Shown in pieces: positions 16,925 through 21,142 of a stretch of 21,142 bases of DNA. The DNA lies in the NCBI GenBank assembly GCA_035295825.1, contig DATGIG010000080.1, positions 1 through 21,142 on the forward strand. The letters run 5' to 3'. Numbering within the stretch: the first letter of the stretch is position 1; each line of letters starts with the position of its first letter. Made by a program: the position numbers and the translations under genes. This stretch comes from Chthonomonadaceae bacterium. Its GTDB lineage: Bacteria; Armatimonadota; Chthonomonadetes; Chthonomonadales; Chthonomonadaceae. Under the pieces are notes generated by a model. It had not been told where the DNA came from. It saw only the letters and a list, made by a program, of their open reading frames with translations, and did not search any database.

Positions 16925-17023
16925 CAAGTCAACCGTTGTCCCTGCTATAGATACTTTCGCCGAGCGTGCAATGCATTCTGTTGCAAATAGCGGAATGTTT
17001 GCAAGAAATAACGTTTTTCCCCC

Positions 17024-17052
17024 TTGCCGCCCTTGAGAGAGAGGTGTAGAAT
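17024..17052 (+). promoter_or_regulatory. Sigma70-like promoter for the NfeD/flotillin operon: -35 TTGCCG (17024-17029), 17-nt spacer, -10 TAGAAT (17047-17052)
   Basis: Hexamers and spacing read from the sequence, about 58 nt upstream of the nfeD ATG. Flanked by four GTTTGCAA/TTGCAA palindromic hexamers (16981, 16999, 17067, 17083). Confidence 0.35.
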
Positions 17053-17109
17053 AGAAGGGTGTCTGTTTGCAACCAGCGAAGTTTGCAAGCGAAGGAGGTC
17101 GTACCTACG

Positions 17110-17940
17110 ATGCATGTCGAGACACTTCTGCAATGGCACTACCTGATCTTTCTGTTACCTCTGGCGGTCGGAGCGCTGCTCCTGCTGCTCTCCTCCCTCC
17201 GTATGGGCCACCATGGCGGGCATCACGGCGTTCATGGAGGTCACGGCCCTGCCCATGCTCCCGCTGCGCCCCATGTACCCCATGGTCACGCAGTCGTACA
17301 TGCCCCCGCGCACGCTCCGGCGACGCCGCATGGCCATGCCCCGGCGCACTCCGCGCCGACGCCCGCCCATCATGCGCCCGCGCATACGCCGGTCAAGCAT
17401 GCGCCTGCCACGGATGCCAAAGCGCAGGCCGCAAAGACGACGGATTCCCGCCCGAATGTCTCTGTGACCACGCATTTTGTGCTGAACCTGACCGGCGCGA
17501 ACCGTGCGCCCCTGGTGATGATCCTGGAGGCGTTCCTGGTGCTGTGGGGGATCGTCGGGCTATGGGCCGACCGCCTGATGCTCCACTCGGATCAGCCCAC
17601 CACGCGAGAGACGCTGGCAGTTCTGGGCGTCGCCCTCGTCGGAGGGGCCATCGGAGCGCGGATCGCGGCGGCGATCCTGGCCCGCGTGCTGCCCCAGGAG
17701 GAGACGCTGGTGGTCTCCCGCAACGCCTTGTTCGGCCTGACCGGCAAGATCACCTACCCGGTCAGCCAGACCAGCGGGCGCATCCACGTCTACGATCAGC
17801 ACGGCACGCTGCATGACGAGATGTGCCGCATCTCTCCGGAGCATCTGCCTATCGAGAAGGGACGCCGGGCCATGGTGCTGGATATGGACGCAAAGGGTCT
17901 TCTCATCGTCGAGGAGATCCCCGATTCTACCACGCGCTGA
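17110..17940 (+). CDS. NfeD-family membrane protein (YuaF-like; C-terminal OB-fold) with an inserted His/Ala/Pro-rich low-complexity region of about 100 aa
   Basis: TM helices (YLIFLLPLAVGALLLLL; PLVMILEAFLVLWGIVGLWA; LAVLGVALVGGAIGARIAAAIL), then C-terminal GKITYPVSQTSGRIHVYDQHGTLHDEMCRISPEHLPIEKGRRAMVLDMDAKGLLIVEE, typical of the NfeD OB-fold. Precedes a flotillin gene as in yuaF-yuaG. RBS GAAGGAGG 17091-17098. An in-frame upstream start at 17059 is less likely. Confidence 0.75.
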   Translation: MHVETLLQWHYLIFLLPLAVGALLLLLSSLRMGHHGGHHGVHGGHGPAHAPAAPHVPHGHAVVHAPAHAPATPHGHAPAHSAPTPAHHAPAHTPVKHAPATDAKAQAAKTTDSRPNVSVTTHFVLNLTGANRAPLVMILEAFLVLWGIVGLWADRLMLHSDQPTTRETLAVLGVALVGGAIGARIAAAILARVLPQEETLVVSRNALFGLTGKITYPVSQTSGRIHVYDQHGTLHDEMCRISPEHLPIEKGRRAMVLDMDAKGLLIVEEIPDSTTR

Positions 17941-17990
17941 GCCGCAACGACGCGGCTCGGCCTCTGTTACCGCTGAAGGAGGCGGAAAAA

Positions 17991-20102
17991 ATGGGATTCA
18001 TAGCGATACTGTTGGGACTGGCGCTGATCTTCCTGGGGACGCTGGGCAAAATGTTCGGGATTCCTCTGACTACCGGAACCAGCATCCTTATGACGGTCTT
18101 CGGTCTGCTCATAACCGGCGTGGGCCTGGTGATGACCTACTTCGGGTTCTATCGCCGCACCAGCGCCGACCAGGCGTTTGTACGTACCGGGATGGGCGGC
18201 AGCAAGGTGGTGCTGGATGGCGGCACAATGGTGTGGCCGTTCTTCCATAACGTGCTGGAGATCAACCTCAAGACGATGAAGCTGGGGGTGAACCCGCGCG
18301 GCCAGAACGCTTTGATCACCCGCGACAATCTGCGCGCGAACGTCCTGGCGCAGTTCTATATCCGGGTTCAGGCCGATGAGGAGCATATCTTGAACGCCGC
18401 CCGCTCGCTGGGGCAGAGCAGCGTGAATGCGGAGGCGGTCGAAGCCCTGGTCAGTGAGAAGCTGGTGTCCGCCCTCCGCGCCATCGCCTCCCAGATGGAC
18501 CTGTTCGAGATCCACACCAAGCGCGATGAGTTCGCCGAGCGGGTCAAGGAGCATGTGAAGACCGACCTGGAATCCAATGGTCTGCTGCTGGAATCCGTGA
18601 CGATTTCGGAGCTGGACCAGACCGATCCGGGCGAACTCTCCGACAACAACGTCTTCGATGCCCAGGGCAAGCGCAAGATCACCGAGATCACCGCGGCGGC
18701 GGCGGTGGAGCGCAACCAATTGGAGCGTGGGGCCGAATACGCCCGCAAACTCAAGGATGTCGAGACGCGCCAGCAGATACTCGAACTGGATCGTAAGCAG
18801 GCGGAGGCCGAGGCGCAGCAGGCGACCGAGATCGCCAAGGTGAAGGCGGACAAGGAGCGCGAGTCGCAGGAGGCGCAGATCACCCAGCAGCGGCAGATCG
18901 AACTGGCGAAGATCGAGAAAGAGAAGCAGATCCAGGCGCAGGAGATCGCCCGCCAGCAGTCCGTCGAGGTCGCCCGTGCCCAGCAGGAGCAGGCGGTACA
19001 GACCGCGCAGGTGGCGAAGGAGCAGGCCATCCAGACGGCCCAGATCGCCAAGGACCAGCAGGTCCAGATGGCGACGGTGGAGCGCGAAAAGAGCGTCTCC
19101 CTGGCGGAGCGGCAGAAGGAGATCGCCGTTGCCGACCAGGAGGCGGCACGCGCCAAGGCGGAAGAGGCCGCGCTGCGCGCCTCCGCCGAGCGCGAGAAGG
19201 CCGGTCAGCAGGTGACCACGGTGACGCAGCTTGCCGAGGCCGAGCGCGAGGCGAACAAGAAGCTGATCGCCGCCCGCCAGCAGATCGAGCAGGACAAACT
19301 GCGCCAGCAGACTACCGCCGATGTGGATGCCTATACGCGCGTCAAGCAGGCGGAATCGGAGCAGGAGGCGGCGACCAAGCAGGCCGAAGCCCGACGTCAG
19401 TTGGCCGAAGCGGAAGCAGGGGCGAGGGAGATGGTGGCGCGGGGCGAGAAGGCGCAGCAGATGGTCACGGTGGACGTCGCCCGCGAGCAGGTGAATGTGG
19501 AGCAGGCGAAGGTCGCGGTCGAGCGGCAGCAGTTGGAGAACCGCCAGGAGTTCGCCGAGGCCGGTATCCAGTTGGAAGTGCAGCGCCTGAGCATCCAGGC
19601 CAGTCGCGACGTGCAGATCGAGTTCGCCCGCGCCCTGGCGAACTTCCTCGCCAGCGGTCACATGACCCTCTACGGCACGCCCGAAACGGCGACGACAATG
19701 CTGGACAACATGGCGAAGGGCTTCGGCTTCCGCTCCATGATCGAGGGCTTCGTCAATGGCCCGCAGGGGAACGTGGGGATGAGCGGAAACGGGCCTAGCG
19801 GCAATGGCAGCCTGCCCGCTGTGGTAAAGGGCAACGGGAGCGACACGGTAAGCGGCCTGCTCTCCCAGATCGGCGGACTGCTGCAGCCCGCCATCGCGAA
19901 GGTAACGGGCGGCAGTCCCGCCAGCGTGACGCCGGAGTTGGCGGAGCAGGTGGCGCGGCAACTGGCGGAGAACCCCGCCTTCCTGACCGCCCTTCAAGAC
20001 GCCCTGACCCAGCCCGCGCCTGTACCGAAGGAGGCCGTGGTCGTAGACTCCACGCCGAAAGCCGAGAAACCGAAGGTCAGCGCCAACAACTCCAAAGCCT
20101 GA
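17991..20102 (+). CDS. Flotillin-like SPFH/band-7 protein (FloT/YuaG-like) with a long Ala/Glu/Gln-rich coiled-coil region
   Basis: N-terminal membrane hairpin, SPFH domain (QAFVRTGMGGSKVVLDGGTMVWPFFHNVLEINLKTMKLGV...ITRDNLRANVLAQFYIRV), then extended EA/AQ-rich flotillin coiled coil and C-terminal tail. RBS GAAGGAGG 17974-17981. Confidence 0.85.
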   Translation: MGFIAILLGLALIFLGTLGKMFGIPLTTGTSILMTVFGLLITGVGLVMTYFGFYRRTSADQAFVRTGMGGSKVVLDGGTMVWPFFHNVLEINLKTMKLGVNPRGQNALITRDNLRANVLAQFYIRVQADEEHILNAARSLGQSSVNAEAVEALVSEKLVSALRAIASQMDLFEIHTKRDEFAERVKEHVKTDLESNGLLLESVTISELDQTDPGELSDNNVFDAQGKRKITEITAAAAVERNQLERGAEYARKLKDVETRQQILELDRKQAEAEAQQATEIAKVKADKERESQEAQITQQRQIELAKIEKEKQIQAQEIARQQSVEVARAQQEQAVQTAQVAKEQAIQTAQIAKDQQVQMATVEREKSVSLAERQKEIAVADQEAARAKAEEAALRASAEREKAGQQVTTVTQLAEAEREANKKLIAARQQIEQDKLRQQTTADVDAYTRVKQAESEQEAATKQAEARRQLAEAEAGAREMVARGEKAQQMVTVDVAREQVNVEQAKVAVERQQLENRQEFAEAGIQLEVQRLSIQASRDVQIEFARALANFLASGHMTLYGTPETATTMLDNMAKGFGFRSMIEGFVNGPQGNVGMSGNGPSGNGSLPAVVKGNGSDTVSGLLSQIGGLLQPAIAKVTGGSPASVTPELAEQVARQLAENPAFLTALQDALTQPAPVPKEAVVVDSTPKAEKPKVSANNSKA

Positions 20103-20129
20103 CGCTCAATCGGATCAATGACGATAATG

Positions 20130-20159
20130 AAATGGGGGGCAGTTTCGTGCCCCCCATTC
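20130..20159 (+). terminator. Intrinsic terminator of the flotillin operon: 11-bp stem GAATGGGGGGC-agtttcgt-GCCCCCCATTC followed by TTTCAC
   Basis: Perfect stem read from the sequence, 28 nt downstream of the flotillin stop, with a short T-run after the stem. Confidence 0.55.
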
Positions 20160-20217
20160 TTTCACACCTCGTGAAATGCGCTCGTCCCCATAAACTTTGG
20201 TGAGCCAGAGCATATTG

Positions 20218-20246
20218 TTGACGATCAGAGCAGAAGGCGGTATACT
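20218..20246 (+). promoter_or_regulatory. Near-consensus sigma70 promoter for the toxin-antitoxin pair: -35 TTGACG (20218-20223), 17-nt spacer, -10 TATACT (20241-20246)
   Basis: Hexamers and 17-bp spacing read directly, about 55 nt upstream of the antitoxin ATG. Confidence 0.45.
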
Positions 20247-20300
20247 CTGCTTAGAAGCGGATTGGTCATTTATGCAAGCGGAGCAAGATTAGGGGGATCC

Positions 20301-20543
20301 ATGACACAAGTAACGCTCGAAGAAGCGGAAGAAACACTTCCACAATTGATTCAGATCGTGCAGCAAGGGGAAGAGATTATTATCACAGCGGATAGCAAGC
20401 CTATCGCCCGATTGACTTCCATTGCCAAAATCGAGCCCAAGGAGAAACCTCGCCCCCAATTTGGAAGCGGAAAAGGGTTGCTTCTTTATATGGCTCCCGA
20501 TTTTGATGCGCCCCTCGACGACTTCAAAGAGTACATGGAATGA
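20301..20543 (+). CDS. Type II antitoxin (VapB-like partner of the downstream PIN toxin)
   Basis: 80-aa acidic protein MTQVTLEEAEETLPQLIQIVQQGEEIIITADSKPIARL... with AGGGGGA SD 6 nt upstream. Its stop overlaps the toxin start (ATGA). The upstream in-frame TTG 20262 is less likely (no RBS). Confidence 0.6.
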   Translation: MTQVTLEEAEETLPQLIQIVQQGEEIIITADSKPIARLTSIAKIEPKEKPRPQFGSGKGLLLYMAPDFDAPLDDFKEYME

Positions 20544-20926
20544 GATTGCTCATAGATACCCATACTTTCCTCTGGTTCGTCGAGGGGGACCTCCAACTGA
20601 GCCAAGAGGCCAAACGACTCCTTGAGGACGAAAATAATGAGAGATGGTTAAGCCTGGCAAGCGTCTGGGAGATGGCGATCAAAATCAGCATCGGAAAGCT
20701 ACGCCTAGGTCAACCACTTGCAGAGTATGTTCGTGAACAAACGGAGCGCAATACAATCTCTTTGCTACCCATAACTTTGCCCCATGTTCTTCCCCTGACA
20801 AATTTACCTTTACACCACCGTGATCCATTCGACCGTCTTCTTGTCATGCAAAGCGTTGTGGAAGGTATGCCGATTGTCAGTGCAGACGCAGTTCTGGACG
20901 CTTATAACCTGCATCGTCTGTGGTAA
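20540..20926 (+). CDS. vapC: PIN-domain ribonuclease toxin (VapC family)
   Basis: MRLLIDTHTFLWFVEGD (N-terminal acidic D of PIN), ...LASVWEMAIKISIGKL..., DPFDRLLVMQSVVEGMPIVSADAVLDAY, the characteristic VapC layout. 128 aa. Confidence 0.8.
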   Translation: MRLLIDTHTFLWFVEGDLQLSQEAKRLLEDENNERWLSLASVWEMAIKISIGKLRLGQPLAEYVREQTERNTISLLPITLPHVLPLTNLPLHHRDPFDRLLVMQSVVEGMPIVSADAVLDAYNLHRLW

Positions 20927-21089
20927 CCCGTATCCCTGGGTTCATTCATTTTTGATCGATTACGTCAATTTGAAAGCGCCTTCTATCCGAACAGGCGCTT
21001 TCCAGGGCCGGCGCATCTTAATTCTTGTTGAGACAGGAACTCGGCGGCAACAAGCCGAACGGATAGGCATCCCTTCCTGGAGATTGCCT

Positions 21090-21142
21090 ATGCCTGCGGC
21101 CTATCCCACCCTGATCGAATGCTTTTCCGACTTGCCCGATCC
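21090..21142 (+). CDS. Start of an ORF truncated by the right edge of the window: MPAAYPTLIECFSDLPD... Possibly the N-terminus of an IS4/ISAs1-type transposase (DDE_Tnp_1-associated L..F..I.DPR motif)
   Basis: ATG with GGAG 7 nt upstream. Only 17 codons are visible; the LIECFSDLPD(P) pattern resembles the conserved transposase N-terminal motif. Weak evidence. Confidence 0.2.
   Translation, partial: MPAAYPTLIECFSDLPD

Noticed and set aside
1-21142. CRISPR arrays, tRNA/rRNA genes, integrase or att sites flanking the low-GC island
   Set aside because: No regularly spaced repeats of CRISPR type were seen. No tRNA-like T-arm (GTTCRANYC) motifs were seen in the intergenic regions. No recombinase-like ORF was found. 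The only candidate mobile-element gene is the 17-codon fragment at the right edge.

Overview
This is a high-GC (about 63-66%) bacterial chromosomal window. Phylum is uncertain; the genes present (NRPS, Bacillus-type cysE, yuaF/yuaG-like NfeD-flotillin pair, GGAGG ribosome-binding sites) fit a large-genome Gram-positive-like or Chloroflexota-like organism. From left to right the window holds:
- the 5' part of a minus-strand NRPS gene that opens with a condensation domain;
- a Planctomycetes-type PSCyt1/DUF1549/DUF1553 cytochrome-c protein;
- cysE;
- a VanW-family protein;
- a translationally coupled operon of ABC sugar permease, lipoprotein substrate-binding protein and a minimal GspE/PilB-type ATPase, with no ABC ATPase;
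- a markedly lower-GC island of about 7 kb (about 10.1-17.0 kb, 35-50% GC in the SIR2 genes), described below;
- a high-GC NfeD (with a His-rich insert) and flotillin operon;
- a low-GC VapB/VapC-like toxin-antitoxin pair, and a possible transposase N-terminus at the right edge.
The low-GC island carries a minus-strand two-gene operon. The first gene encodes a small standalone SIR2-like protein (SIR2_2 family) with intact catalytic Asn/His. The second encodes a 1305-aa fusion of a paralogous SIR2 domain with the catalytic Asn and His replaced (N->R, H->Y), an nSTAND-type NTPase, and a lidless but otherwise catalytically intact Hsp70 (DnaK-like nucleotide-binding domain plus beta substrate-binding domain). 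A Fic-family (AMPylase-type) gene is transcribed divergently across a promoter region carrying triple direct repeats. The SIR2 / dead-SIR2-STAND-Hsp70 locus is the most interesting element: it looks like an undescribed Avs-like NAD-depleting immune system that uses an Hsp70 as its sensor module. No rRNA or CRISPR arrays were seen; tRNAs were checked only by eye and none was evident.
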